NCBI GenBank assembly: GCA_004431415.1
Contig: QPMI01000599.1
Coordinates: 220,859-284,858, forward strand
DNA from: Cyanophora paradoxa CCMP329
Taxonomy: Eukaryota > Plantae > Glaucophyta
DNA: 64,000 nt
Direction of reading: 5' to 3'
In this document: one piece after another, positions 48,609-60,756 of the stretch
Numbering within the stretch: position 1 is the stretch's first letter
Layout of the letters: each line of letters opens with the position of its first letter
Notes under the pieces: generated by a model
What the model saw: only the letters and a program-made list of their open reading frames with translations
Database searches by the model: none
Told to the model about the DNA's origin: nothing
Position numbers and translations under genes: made by a program

Positions 48609-49115
48609 GCCCCGCCCCGGCGCCGCCGCTGTCCGAGGCGAGCTGACGCCTCGACCGCGGCTCTGCGCAGGCTATGCGCAGAGCCGGGCCCCACCTGCCG
48701 CTCCGCCCGCTTTCCCGCCCGCCGCCCCGCCCGCCGCCTCAGCTTCGTCGACTCCAGGTTCGCCCCGGCCCGCCGAAAGCGCTGCCGCTGCGCACCTCAC
48801 CCGGCCGCCGCCGCTGGGCCCCGCCCCGGCGCCGCCGCTGTCCGAGGCGAGCTGACGCCTCGGCCGCGGCTCTGCGCAGGCTATGCTCAGTGCCGGGCCC
48901 CACCTACCGCTCCGCCCGCTTTCCCGCCCGCCGCCCCGCCCGCCGCATCAGCTTTGTCGACTCCAGGTTCGCCCCGGCCCGCCGAAAGCGCTGCCGCTGC
49001 GCACCTCACCCGGCCGCCGCCGCTGGGCCCCGCCCCGGCGCCGCCGCTGTCCGGGGCGAGCTGACGCCTCGGCCGCGGCTCTGCGCAGGCTATGCGCAGG
49101 GCCCGGCCCCACCTC
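48609..49115. repeat. 209-bp tandem repeat, ~2.4 copies
   Basis: GCCCCGCCCCGGCGCCGCCGCTGTCCG starts at 48609, 48818 and 49027. Confidence 0.92.
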
Positions 49116-49788
49116 AGGGCCTGCCGCTCCATTCGCTTCCCCGCCCGCCGCCCCGCCTGGGGCCCCGGGCCCGGGCCCTCTGCTTCACCTTGTGTACATG
49201 TTCAAGTACCCCCCCTTGCACCTCCGCGCGCGGCCCGCACTTGCCGCGCCGGGCGCGGTCTGCTAGTATAATGAAGCCGTACTAAGGTGAACTTCGCGGC
49301 CGCCGCAGCTAATTTATAACCCGGCTTCCGAGTTCCGACTCGCCGTGGCCAGATACGTTGTTTAAACGGTTAATAAATAATACGTCGGCTATAGGTAGGC
49401 ATTTTGATTCCAACTATGACAAAGTAATGAAAGCTACTAACTCTTTATCTATATCTATAGGCTAACTATTGCAATTGAATGAAGAGAAGAGGCCGCTTAC
49501 TCGAGGCGTCGAGGCCGCGGGCCTCAAAGGACGTCGATCCCTCTGCAGCTGCCTGGCCCGGCCTCTCGAGATTGGAGTTCGGGGGGAATGCATATGCATG
49601 CCACGTGCACGCGAGGAGCAGTAAGGCCTCCACGCCGATGAGGCGTGAGAAGAAGGCGGAAGGGCGAGGAGGAGGAGGGGGCGGGCGACGAGGGGGCGGG
49701 GAGGGCGCGAACTGCGAAGGTGCCGGCCGCCGGGCCGGATCCGGAGGCCCATTGCGGCTTCCCGAGCCGCCCCGCACCTTAGCCGACG

Positions 49789-51029
49789 CTAAGGCGCCAG
49801 GAAGATCGCTTTCTGCCTCCGGTACTGCGCCAGGGGCCGCGCATCAGCCCGGGGTACAGAAACGCCGGGGGGGGTACGGGGGCACGCCTCGTCCAGGCGG
49901 AGCTTCGCGTAGGAGAGGTAATCGAAGTCGATGGCCGAGTGCCGCGCCTGGGGGTACAGCATGAGCTGGGCTCCTAGGAGGGCGGGGGTGGAGGGGTACG
50001 CGGTACCTGCACGACTGCCCATACCCCCCAGTACACGTGGGCGAGGAGGCCCCAGCGGGTGACTTCCCGGTACATCTCATCCAGCTCGGTACCCGTGGCC
50101 TCCCGCCCTACCCGGGGTGCCCGTATCTGTGAGAAGAAGAGGAGCGGGGAGGGCGGCGGGCTTACCCGTCGCCTCGAGGAAGTACGGCCTGCGGAGCGAA
50201 GAGAGTGAGGAGAGGGTGGGAGGGGAAGGACGGGGGTACGGGTAGGTCCACACTTGAAGAAGCGGTACTGGGCCTAGGCCTCCCGGTCGGGGTAGCACGA
50301 GTAATCACACTCGAAGCCGGCGTACTCCTAGGAGAAAATTTCCCGGAAGGGGGAAGGGGAGTGAGGGAAAGGAAGGCCGGCCGGGGGGGCGGGGGGGAGG
50401 GGAGGGGGGTACGGCCCGACCTGGAAGTGGTTGCCGATGTCGAATCCACGCGGGGCGCCCTTGCCGTACTCGTAGTCGATGATGTACATGTGCTCTGGGG
50501 GTGCGGAGCGGAGCGGAGTGGGTGAGGGGTACGCCCGCATCTCGTCTGCAGGGGGGTACGCACTGGTCCCGTCGTGGAGAAGGATGTTGCCGGAGAGAAG
50601 ATCGCAGTGGGCGAAGACGAGGGGGGAGGGTACGGCCGCCAGCGCCCCCCGGAGCTCCTCCACCTGAATCGCGGGTTCGAATCCCGGGCGGTCCCGATTC
50701 CCCGCAGGCTCACACCTCACGCGCGACGGCCGGCAGATCGACCGCCGCGAGCGCGGCGCGCTGGTCGTCACGCGTGAACTCGCAGCCGCGCGCTGCGCGC
50801 GCGTGCGCGGGGCACGTTCAGACGGCGCGGGGCGGGGCGGGCGGGCGGGGAACCGGCGGGCACCGATCTCCAGCCAGCGCTGGATTGTGGGCCAGAGGGC
50901 GTCGCCGGCGGGGAGCGGCACGTCGGTCCTGTGCAGCCGCGCGAGGCTGCGCGCGATGAGCGGCGCCAGCGTCGGGTCCGCCATCTCTGCGGCGGCGGCG
51001 GCGTCGGAGGCGGCGGCGGCGGCGGCGGA

Positions 51030-51064
<35 letters not shown>

Positions 51065-51131
51065 TGCCGCTGAGGCTGCAGGCGCTCTCGTGCGCACCCT
51101 CGGGCCTCAGAGAGCGGTACGGAACGAACTC
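49789..51131 (-). pseudogene. Ethanolamine/choline kinase, apparently 5'-truncated, with an in-frame TAG
   Basis: EFVPYRSLRPE/EMADPTLAPLIARSLARLH, Brenner motif FAHCDLLSGNIL, IIDYEYG..RGFDIGNHFQ/EYAGFECDYSCYPDREA*AQYRFF, SHVYWGVWAV, SAIDFDYLSYAKLRL. Stop at 50274-50276; no N-terminal lobe exons recognised upstream. Confidence 0.8.
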
Positions 51132-51649
51132 CTGTGCGCTCGAGGGGGACTTCACGCCGCGGCGCAAGCTAAGCTGCGCGCGCCCGGCGACGAGAGCTGA
51201 AATGCGCTTACGGAATTGCCCATTAGCAAGCTCCTACGCCTGGTTGGCATCCGATGATCCCTGCAGCTGATCATGAGTTCCTTCCGAAAACCGGGTGATC
51301 GCGGGTGATTCATGATTTGATCGGAGCCTGAGCATGTGGGGTACAAAGAAGGTTTGCGTCCGGGTACACCCACACAAGGCTCGCGGTTGCCAGACTGGAA
51401 GCCGGCGCCGGCCAGTAGAGGCAACAGGCTTCGTGTCAATGACGGATAACCGCTGGTCAAAGCCCTGCAGTTGAGAAGCAGAACTTCGGAAGTAACGGCC
51501 GAAGCTTGCGGTAACGCCCCGGCTGCCGGTGGGACAGCGCCAAGTCGATGCCGTGATGGAGCGGTTGGCATATGATGTAACGCTTGTCGACCAGGCGCGC
51601 CTGGCTCCGGGACCCCGTGGCTCTGCCCTTGCCTATAGCTACGCAGCGC

Positions 51650-54600
51650 GCTTTTGACAGCTGCCGGCCCCCCGACCCCGGCCGCGGGCCTCATCCACGA
51701 GCTTCTTCCTCGAGCGCGAGCTGAGGCGCGGGCGCGGGCGCAGCTTCTCTCGGGGGCGCTTGAGGTGACGAGGCAGGAAGGCTACAGCGTCAGTATGGAG
51801 CACGGGGTCGGCGGCTCCGCGGAAGTGAGCGTCCGAGTCGAGACCAAGTGCGCACTGCCGCGCACTGTTCGGCTGACCTGCGATCCGCGTGCGCGTTGCA
51901 CCCACAGCGCTCCTCCCGACGCGCGCGCGGCAGCGATCGGCAGTCGCCTTTCACGGCTTTCCGCGTCGTGACCGAGTTCGAAGGGATGCCGGCCGCTTTT
52001 GCCACGTCCGCCATCCTCGGCCGCTCACGCACCACGGTTCCCTCCCGCTCCGCGCCAGGCGCCGGCCCCGCTGGCCTCGGCTAATCAGCGGAGGGCCCCG
52101 GCAGGATTTTAACGAGTTCGTTCTCCGTGAGACTCTGGTGGCTGAGCTGGAGCGAGCACCCCCTGAGGTTCGCGCGATTGGACGGGGCGGGCTTCGCTAC
52201 GCGCGCACGCGCACGCGCGCTCCAGATCGGTTTGATCTGGCCTCATTTGAATCGCCAGGACCCCCAAAACATCGGCGCCGTATCCGTATATGAGGACCAC
52301 GCGAGCTACTTCGGTACCCCCCCCCTTTCCTCCCTCGAAGCCCCCCGACCGCCATCCGCCCCCCCCCCTCCCCCCCCCCCCCGCCCGCCCCCTCTCCACC
52401 GCCAGGCTACGTTCTGGAGAGCTACATGCTGCGTGCGACCCGCAGGCCCGCCCCCGTCCCATGCACCTGCAGCCCTCCTCCCGCCCTTCTGAACACCGAC
52501 CGCAGGCTTCCGGACGGGTCTGCGTTCGCGATTCGGGTACCCGTCGAGTGGGAGGGGGAGGCCTGGTCCGCGCCCCTACCCCTTCGCAGCTTCCGCTTTC
52601 GGCAATTAGAGTTCTTCACCTAACGGTACCCGCCCGGCATGCGCAGGACCCCACGGCGCTACCGGGAGAAGATTCGGGCCCTCTCCGCGTGGCACGTTGC
52701 CGGTACCCCCCGCGGCTGCCGGTGCGGCTACCCCCTCTCCTCGCCCGTACCTCCCCCCCCCCCCCCCCCCCCCCCCCCGGCCCGAGTCACCGAACCACCT
52801 GGATCACGCCTGAGCGCGGCGCTGTACCCCCAGGTTCACATACATCGGCCTTGAGAAGGCTTCCTTGATCTTCTCCTTCCTCCCCCTCTACGGCGCGCCA
52901 GTCCCCCCCTCCCTGACTCCCGCTCCCCCTCACGGTTTCTTTCTTTCGCCACAGCCGTGAGGCAGATTTTGTGCCGAATGGTGGCGAAGTACATCCTCCG
53001 AGTCCGCCGCGTCGTCTTGAAGGCACGCTCGCAGCTTCGGCGCCCCTTGCCTTGCTCTTTACTACTTCGCCCGACACTTGCTGCCCTCGTTTCTTGCGCT
53101 GACCGCCCCGCGTTTTCGCCCGCAGGAGTTCGCCAGCGATGGCTGCGCCGAGATTCGGCCCCAGCGCTCCTTCCTCTTTGCCTCGGGGAGCGCAGGGGTA
53201 CCCCTGCACTGGAGCAGCCGGGGGCTCTCGCGGTCCCTGGGGCTGTCCCCCGCTGACGAAGCCGGAGCGGAACCCTCCTCCCGATCGCCCTTCGTCCTTC
53301 ACTCCTGCGCCCCCCCGCGGCGCGCGCCGGGCGCGGCCACTCTACCCGTCCGGGAGGCGCGGGAGGCGCCGAAGGCCACGGAGCTTTTTTTCGACCTCGT
53401 CGGCATCGATCTCGAGGCCCGCCCCCCCCCCCCTCCCCCCCCCCCCCCCCCCCCCCACCCCGCCCTTCCCTTCCACCCCCCCCCCCCTCAAATCGGGCGC
53501 AGCGGCGGGCGAGCGAAGCCCCCTGGTCGCTGGATGGGGGCGCCTCCTGGGTCGCTCCTACCCCCCTCAGCCCAGACTCCCGCCCAAGACTGGACGACGG
53601 ATCGGATCTATCCAGGGCGGGGCAGGTGGGTACCCTCTCTCATACGAGGCTGCATCTCTGGCCGGCCCGACGCGAGTCGCCCGGTGGGCGGTCTCAGCTG
53701 TCGCGCTCTGACGGGTACGGTTCCTTGTTCCCCTCTAGGTGTTGCGGGCCGGGGCGAGGAGGTTACAAATGAGCACAAACCCCGCCGCCCTCAACATGGT
53801 AATCCCCCCCCCTCCCCCCCCTCCCCCCCCCTCCCCCTTTCCTTCCCCCTCCCCTTCCCCGCCTCCCACTCCGCCCCGAATCCGAATCAAAGAAACGGAA
53901 GAATCAGCCTATTAGACGTCCTAGGCAGTCGGCCGAGGCGTACCGTGATCCGGTACCCCGCCCCCCCGCCTCTGCCGGGCGCCCTCCATCGCCCGCCTTC
54001 ACTCTGCTCGTTCTCACGTCGACCCGCCTCGCGCGCGTGCGCACTGCGCAGTCCGCGGAGGCGTGCCGGGCCTCTCTGGAGCTGTCAATGCGGCTGGAAA
54101 CGATGTCGCTCGCCGAGTCCGTAGGGGGCCACGGCGGGGCGCGAGGAGAAGAGGGGGGCGAGGGGGAGGCAAGGGGCGAGACGTACCCCCCGGAGGTCGG
54201 CGCGGTGGGGGACATCGAGTTCGGACCGCAGCCGTTGGGCGACGACGCGAGCGGGTCCGACTTCGACGTACCCCCCTCGCTGCCCCGATCCGCCCTCACG
54301 CCCGGGGCCGCCCCCGCAGCTTCAACACGTACCTGAACGAGTTCCTGCCCGGCGCCGCGAAATTCTTCCCCGGGTGCGAACCGCGGATCATATGAGCCGC
54401 CCGGCGCCCTCGCTTCGCCTGGCGCCGCCGTCTCTCTGTGCCCCTCTTCTTCAGCTGAACGCCCCTTTGAATGTGCAGCGTACCCCTCAGCTTCGTCAGC
54501 ACCGTCCTCCGGGGTACTCGTTTTCCTCTCTTTCCCTTTTCCCCACCCACCCTCGCCCAAAACTCGACCCCCCCAGCTCACGTGCTCCCCATCTCTCGCC

Positions 54601-55618
54601 CTTAGAGAGCTGGCGGGCGCTGAAGGAGGAATCCAAAAAGGGGTACAGGATGCGGGCTGCGGACGCGAAGGAGCGCACGACCCCGACGCCGCCCGTACCC
54701 CCCCACGCCATCGTCGACGCCCCGCCCCCCGCCTACGTGGAAGATCCCAATTCCTCCAGAAAGGTCTGCGGTACCCGCCGCGGATCACTGTACCCCCCTG
54801 ATCGCCCCTCCTTTCGAAGTCGCGGGCGCGGCGCTGCTCGGATGCTCTGGCAGAGGATGAGGCAAGGACGCCCCGCCGGGTCTGTACCCCCCGGGAGAGT
54901 GCCCCCGGACCCTCTTCGAGGCCCCGAGCCCCCGCTGGGTCCGCCCTCCGACGCACTATTTAGAGTATCCCCCCTGGCCCTGCCGATGCGGCCGTCAGGG
55001 TTTCGACTTTCCTGAATATGCGGCTCGCGGACGCAATCAAATCCCAGCCCGGGTCAGCTGCGCCCCCCCGGGGCCCCCGCCCCGCCCGATCCTGCGCGCA
55101 CAGATCGAATCTCACTCTCTCCTCTCGCAGGGTACCCCTGGGACTGATCATCGATCGACTGAGGGGTACGCGCGCACTGATTCTTTCGGAGCAGCGGCTG
55201 CCCTCTAATTACTCTCCCCGCATGCGTAGCGGAGTGGGACTCGTCATCGGAAGCGTCGAGGGCGAGATTCGAACCCGTCTCTGCAGCCGCCGCCGCTGCG
55301 CTGGGCTTGAGCCCGCCCCCCCTTGGCCGGGCTTCCCCCATGAGGGTGGTTGACCAGTCTCCTGCCGCTCCCGCCCCCCACGGCGCTCAGCACCCCGCCG
55401 GTCCCGCCCCGGCCCCCAACCCAGAGCTCGTCCCACGCGGGCCAGATCGCAGCACGAGGCGGCCGTCGATCCAGCCCATCCTTCCCGTCCCCATCCCCGG
55501 GGCTCCGGCCCCGGCGATCCCCCCCCTGGTGTTTTCTCTAGATCTTCCCACGCCCCCGTCCGGGACGTCGAGCTCCGCCTCGAATCTGGCGACGTTCGGA
55601 GAGATAGCCTACAAGTGA
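51650..55618 (+). pseudogene. Series of spliced-looking coding fragments of unclear identity, some with stops
   Basis: Short exon-like pieces (DFNEFVLRETLVAELE, IGAVSVYEDHASYF, FRFRQLEFFT*, EAPKATELFFDLV, FNTYLNEFLPGAAKFF) are flanked by GTACCC donors and CAG acceptors. I could not assemble one intact frame. Confidence 0.35.
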
Positions 55619-55871
55619 AGGCCCCTGGGGCAGCGGTACCCGCCCCCGCCCTCTCCCCGTGCGCCCACGGCCCACAGCCATGCCTTTCTGTATGAAGACC
55701 TGTGACCGGCGGCCTGTATTAGAAGCATGAATATTATCGATAATCATCAGAATTCGAAGTATTTGCGTATTTAAGCTAAAGACAATGTATAGATCTGTCA
55801 TCTATCTATTGAGATTATATATATATAGCTATATATATTCGAGATTCACTGAGTCATTGAGCTATGAAGCC

Positions 55872-56073
55872 CCCGCTCATAGCGGTGTGGTTATCATACA
55901 CGCTTTTCATTTCATGCCTTCCGTGTTCGAATCGCCCTGCGATGAGAATCACGCCTTCGAATCCCGCCCGTTCCACATAATTCCGATCGATCATGCCCCA
56001 CCTTGCCTGTATACGCCCCCACAGTGCTGGAGTAGACTAGAGGCTGTGGCCGGTAATTCAAAAAAAAAAAAAA
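55872..56073 (+). mobile_element. tRNA-like SINE with poly(A) tail and 9-bp TSD
   Basis: TATGAAGCC lies at 55863-55871 and 56074-56082. A-box-like TAGCGGTGTGG at 55880; B-box-like GTTCGAATC at 55925; 14-A tail at 56060-56073; second partial copy at 16800. Confidence 0.85.
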
Positions 56074-56555
56074 TATGAAGCCTTGAAGCTTGATCATGAT
56101 CATGACTCAGTGATGATGAAGCCATCATGGCATCATCATCCGATGATCGCTACATGGCATCTCGCTGTGCACGTGGAAGCTATAGCTACGGCTTGCGCCC
56201 GGTGAAATTACTCTAAGCTAGTCACTGAGTTCGTCCGACCCCGGAAGCCTTGAAGGACCACACGGAGCCTCGAGTTCCTACGGCTACGCGTATTAAAACG
56301 AAACTGCGATGCACTGTGGGAGATGTTTATCAGGCAACGAAAAGAAGAGAATAAGTAAGATGAAGAAAAGGCGAATAAGTTAGAATGCGCTGACGAATGC
56401 AATGATCTCTGTCTCTGAGGTGTAACAAATCAAAAAAAGTTACAATTAAGGAAAGGGAAATAGGGAAAACTCTTTATTCCAATCCGAGCGCGTCGCGCTC
56501 AGCGGCTCGCCAATGGACGTGAATTCGGGGCGAGCGTCGCAGCCGCGAAGGCGGC

Positions 56556-59315
56556 TCACGTTTCGGACGAGCCCGAAGAAGCCCGTACCCGGGAGGAGCT
56601 CGCGACCGAAGGCCCCAGCTGGAGCCGCTCCGGCTCGGGGTACGGGTGCGCCGGCGTCGGCGCCGGGGCCGGCCCGGCGTGGGGGTCATAGCCCTGTTCG
56701 CCCCCGGGGCCCCCGAGGGGCCGGAGGGTGCGGGGGGAGCCGCCGGGCCCCGGCCTCACGCTGAGGAGCCCCGCCGCGCGGGGCGCGAGGGACGGCGAGC
56801 CCGGCCCCGGGCTGCGCGCCCCGGACGCCGGCGCGGGGCCCAGGGCGACCGCCGCCCGTGCCGCCAGCAGCGGGGAGACAGGCACCGGGCTCCGCGTCCC
56901 GGGGCTTCCGGCGCCGGACGCGTAGCCGGCGGACACGTGCGCGGGGACCGCGGTGCGGGGCGCGAGGGCGGGGAGGCCGGCCCGGCCGCCGGGCTGCGGG
57001 GCCCCGGGGTCGAGCCCGGGCTGCAGCTGCCCGCCCTGGGCCCGGGGGCGGGCCCCGTGCCGGCGAGCTCCTGCACCGTGCCCTGCAGACGGGGCCGGGG
57101 ACCAGTCAGGCCCAGGCCGGGCGGGGCGGGGAGGGGGAGAGGGGGGTACCTGGAGGGAGGCGAGCTGGCCGCGGACGCCCTCGAGGGCCTCCTCGAGCCC
57201 CTCCACGACCTCCCGCGACCTGCCGCCCCGCCCCGGCCCGCCCCCTCAGCCCCCCGCGCACTCTTTCGTTCGCGCCGCGCGCGCACCGGTGCGCCTCTCG
57301 GTGCAGGCCCGTCACCGTCTGCCGTTTGCACCCCGCATCAGCGGTGCGAGATCTAGAACGTCGGCGTGGGCCCGGAGGGTGCGGGGGAGGGCGGCTCGCC
57401 CGCTCGGTGACGGAGACGCGGTCGATGGCCTCCTGCAGCCGCGTCCGCGTCGTCTCCGCCTCCCGCGCCTGCGAGCGCGCCCCGCCGCGTGAGAGGGTGC
57501 GAGGTTCGAGTTCACAGGGGATGGAGGGCCCGGCCGGGGCGCGCCCGCTCCTGCTCGTTCTCAATGCGGGGGTCGGGCTGCAGCGGCACCGCGTCGGGGT
57601 CCATCAGCGTCCACAGGTTCAGCGCCCCGCCCGCCCCCGCCCCCGCCGGCCTCGCCGCCTTCGCGACCGGAGGCGGGGAGCCCGTACGCGCCGCCTCCGC
57701 CCTGAGCGACGCGCGCCGCTGCGCGGCCGGCGCCGCCTCAGCGCCGCCGCCGCGCGCGCGCAGGGCCTTCGCGCGTCACTCGGGCCGCGCGGGCGGGGTT
57801 CGATCAGGGGGCACCTCGTCGAGGCGCTGGGTGAGGCGCATGAGCTGCATGCGGAGCTCCTGCTGCACCGCCCCCGCCTCCTCCACCTGCCCCGAGGTCA
57901 CGATCGCGATCGAATCGCGAGGCTCGAGGGCGCTGCGCCGCCGGGCCGCCCGGCTTCGGATTCGCACCCGGGCGCTGCAGGCGGCGATGCGCTCCTCGAG
58001 CTCGCCGAGGCGCACGCCCTCGCGCCCCGCCCGCTCCGCCAGCTCCTCCCGCACCGCCCGCCCCGCCGCCTGCCCGCGCCGCGCGTCGGCGGGACTCGGG
58101 CCGGGGGCGGCGGGAAGGGCGGCGGCGCCGCGGCAAGACGGAAGCAAGCGAAATTAAAGCTGAAACAGAAAGGAAAGGGGAGGAGGAAAACAGGAAAATT
58201 GAAGAGAAGCGAGGAGGATGCGGAGCAGAGACAGCCGCAGAGGCTCGAGCTCGCACCTGCTCGGCGATGCGCTCGATGTGGCGCTGCAGGTCGGGCGCCA
58301 GGGCCCCGGCCGAGGGCTCCTCCGGGCCGCTCGGAGCCTGCCCGTGGCCCCCCGAGGCGGGGCCCGCCGCAACGCCCAGGCGCGCCTCCATCGCCGAGAG
58401 CCGCCCCTCGAGCCCCCCGAGCTGCAAACCGCGTACCCCCGTGAGATCGAATTCAGAAGAATTGATTGAAAATTTCGAGTACGGCACCTGCAGGCGGTGG
58501 GCGATGGCGCGGCGCTGCGACTCGAGCTCGACGCTCCGCAGCGCCCCGGCGGCCGACCCCGCCGCGTGCGAGACCGGCGGCCTCCCGTGCTCTCCCAGCT
58601 GCAATTTCGCAAATTAAATTAATGCGACGCCTCGCCCTATACGTTAAAACCGGCGAATCAATGTTAAAATTTGAGAAAGCAGAAGCTCACCCGCAACTCC
58701 AGGCGGGGCCTGAGCGGCGCGCTCGGGCTGCGGGCGCTGGCGGCGCCGCCGACGGCGGCAGCGGCCTGGGAGAGGCCGAGCTCGAGCGGCTGCGGCATCC
58801 TCGCCTCGACGGCCTCCAGCCGCACGGCGAGGTTCCCCACCGCCTCCAGGATCGCGTCGATGGCCCTCGCGCTCTGGATTTGAATGCGCATGCGCCGCTC
58901 GTATGAGATTCGACTAGATTAAAATCAATTCTACAGGTGGGATATCGAATCCGAGTGCGGATCCGCGCACCGCGGCATCGACATCGGCGCATGCGCCCGG
59001 CCCGGCGAAGCTTGGATTCGGGTCAGGGCCGCAGAGGCCGAGGTCGAGTAGGAGTGGGGCCGGCGCGGGCCCGCCGGCCGCCGGGCGCGACGTCGATGGG
59101 GGCGACTGCGGGGGCGTCACGGGGCTGCTGTCCGCCTTGCCGGCCCCGCGCTCGCGCCCGTCGACGTCGCGATCCCCGTCGGCCGGCGGCTCGCGATCGG
59201 GCCCCGGGGACGCGATCGCGAGGGCCCCTCCAGGGGCGCTCCACGGGCCGGCGGGGTTGGCGTTTAGAGGGGCCCGCATGTGCACTAGTACTGAGCGCGC
59301 CCCCGGGAGGCGCAA
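56556..59315 (-). CDS. Hypothetical coiled-coil protein with Pro/Ser-rich tail
   Basis: Heptad-like exons IDAILEAVGNLAVRLEAVEARM, LQLGGLEGRLSAMEARL, QQELRMQLMRLTQRLDE, VEGLEEALEGVRGQLASLQ. Start codon not established. Confidence 0.5.
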
Positions 59316-60756
59316 CTTGGCAAGGCTGCTCGCGCGTGCTCTGCAGCTGGTCCAGTGGACGTCGAAGCTCAGCGGCCTAAGCTTGGCGCGCGTCGCACGG
59401 CGGCGCTCGGCGCCAGAACTAGAAGCACGACGTCGACCCGCGACGCTTCAGCTGCGGCTGAGCAACGTGTGCTTCCCTGGGGCACACGCGCGCGCGCGCG
59501 GCCGGCGCCCCGGCTTACGCGTCAAGGTTGGCTGGAGGCCTAGGTTACGCGCGCTGCGGCTGTCAGACTGCAGCTGATGAGCGCCTTGGGGGCGCTGATG
59601 AGCGTGTTTAGAAGAGCCCCGCTTATTCTCCGGGAATATTAATCCGCCGGAGATGCGATGGTCGAAGTTCCTAAACACATGCACGGCGACTGCGCGCGCG
59701 CGCGTCTACTCGCCGTCCAGCGAAATCTAGAGTCACTGAGTAGGCTGCAGCCTGCAGTCTGCATTGCGCATGCCGCGCATGCTGCGCAGCGCTCAGCGGG
59801 AGTGCGGCCGCCGGCCGCGGGGCTAGGCTGGCTGTACAGCAGTGCTCTAGATCTAGTAGGCTAACCTACTAGGCTAGGATCGGAGCGCGCGGCGCGCGCG
59901 GCGCGCGCGCGTGCCATGATCAAGCTTAAGCCTGCTGAAGCTCATGCGCGCCATCATCGCCGCCAATGGCCCGCCATACGGTCGTGCCACGCGGTGCTCT
60001 TTGCGCTGCTCTCGTGATCCGATGATCACGGATTCACGTGCACGGTGACCAGCACGGGTTGAACATGAACGAGGCTGTACATGTGACGAGAGCATCACGA
60101 GGACCGATCAAGGCGCCTTGAAGCCTGTTGAAGGCGGTCACGAGGTCACAGGCTTTCGAATTTCGAAGAGGCGCACTGCGGCACTGGAAATTCTGGAATG
60201 GTTAGCAATGCTTATAATTAGCATTGGTTGCGGACTCCGGAGTCCGGATCCGGACTCCGGAGTCCGACCGTCGGACTCCGGCGGATCCCGGGGGCCGGAG
60301 CCTCCAACGTTAACCGCCGGATGGGGCAAGAGATATACATATACGCCAAATGACCGGTACCCGTCACTCGCTCGCAAGCTCCAACCTGGCTGTACCCCAT
60401 CGGGCCGGCCTTGGCTCAGCGCGCGGTGGCCAGCGCCGAGGCCGACGGACCGGCGCGCGACGGTGGCCGTGGCCGGGCGCCACGCCGCCACGTGCACATG
60501 CACGCTGGTGCATGGCGCGCCCGGCTGCAGCCCTGGTTGATCCGCGTGCGAAGCAATATCTAGATATATATGGGCCTGAGGCCTATAGCTAGGCCAGGGC
60601 AGCTCTGCATATGCATGCACGTGCATATGCGCATGCATCGCCATGGCCAGCGCTCTCGCGGCCGGCCGCGACGCTATGCGGCCATCGATATCCGCCATGT
60701 GCACGGCGCGCGGAAAAATTGAAGGTTGCGATTATTTAAAACGGAACTCCGAATTC

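Noticed and set aside
50274-50276. TAG reassignment or readthrough in the kinase
   Set aside because: TAG ends several genes in this window (AP2A, the channel, the ankyrin protein), and the codon is explained by a 6-bp insertion.
50990-51063. Poly-alanine tract inside the kinase
   Set aside because: The (GCC)n run fits inside a GT..CAG intron whose removal gives the expected RPE-EMADP sequence.
55872-55975. Functional tRNA gene
   Set aside because: I could not fold a canonical cloverleaf. The poly(A) tail, TSD and second copy favour a SINE.
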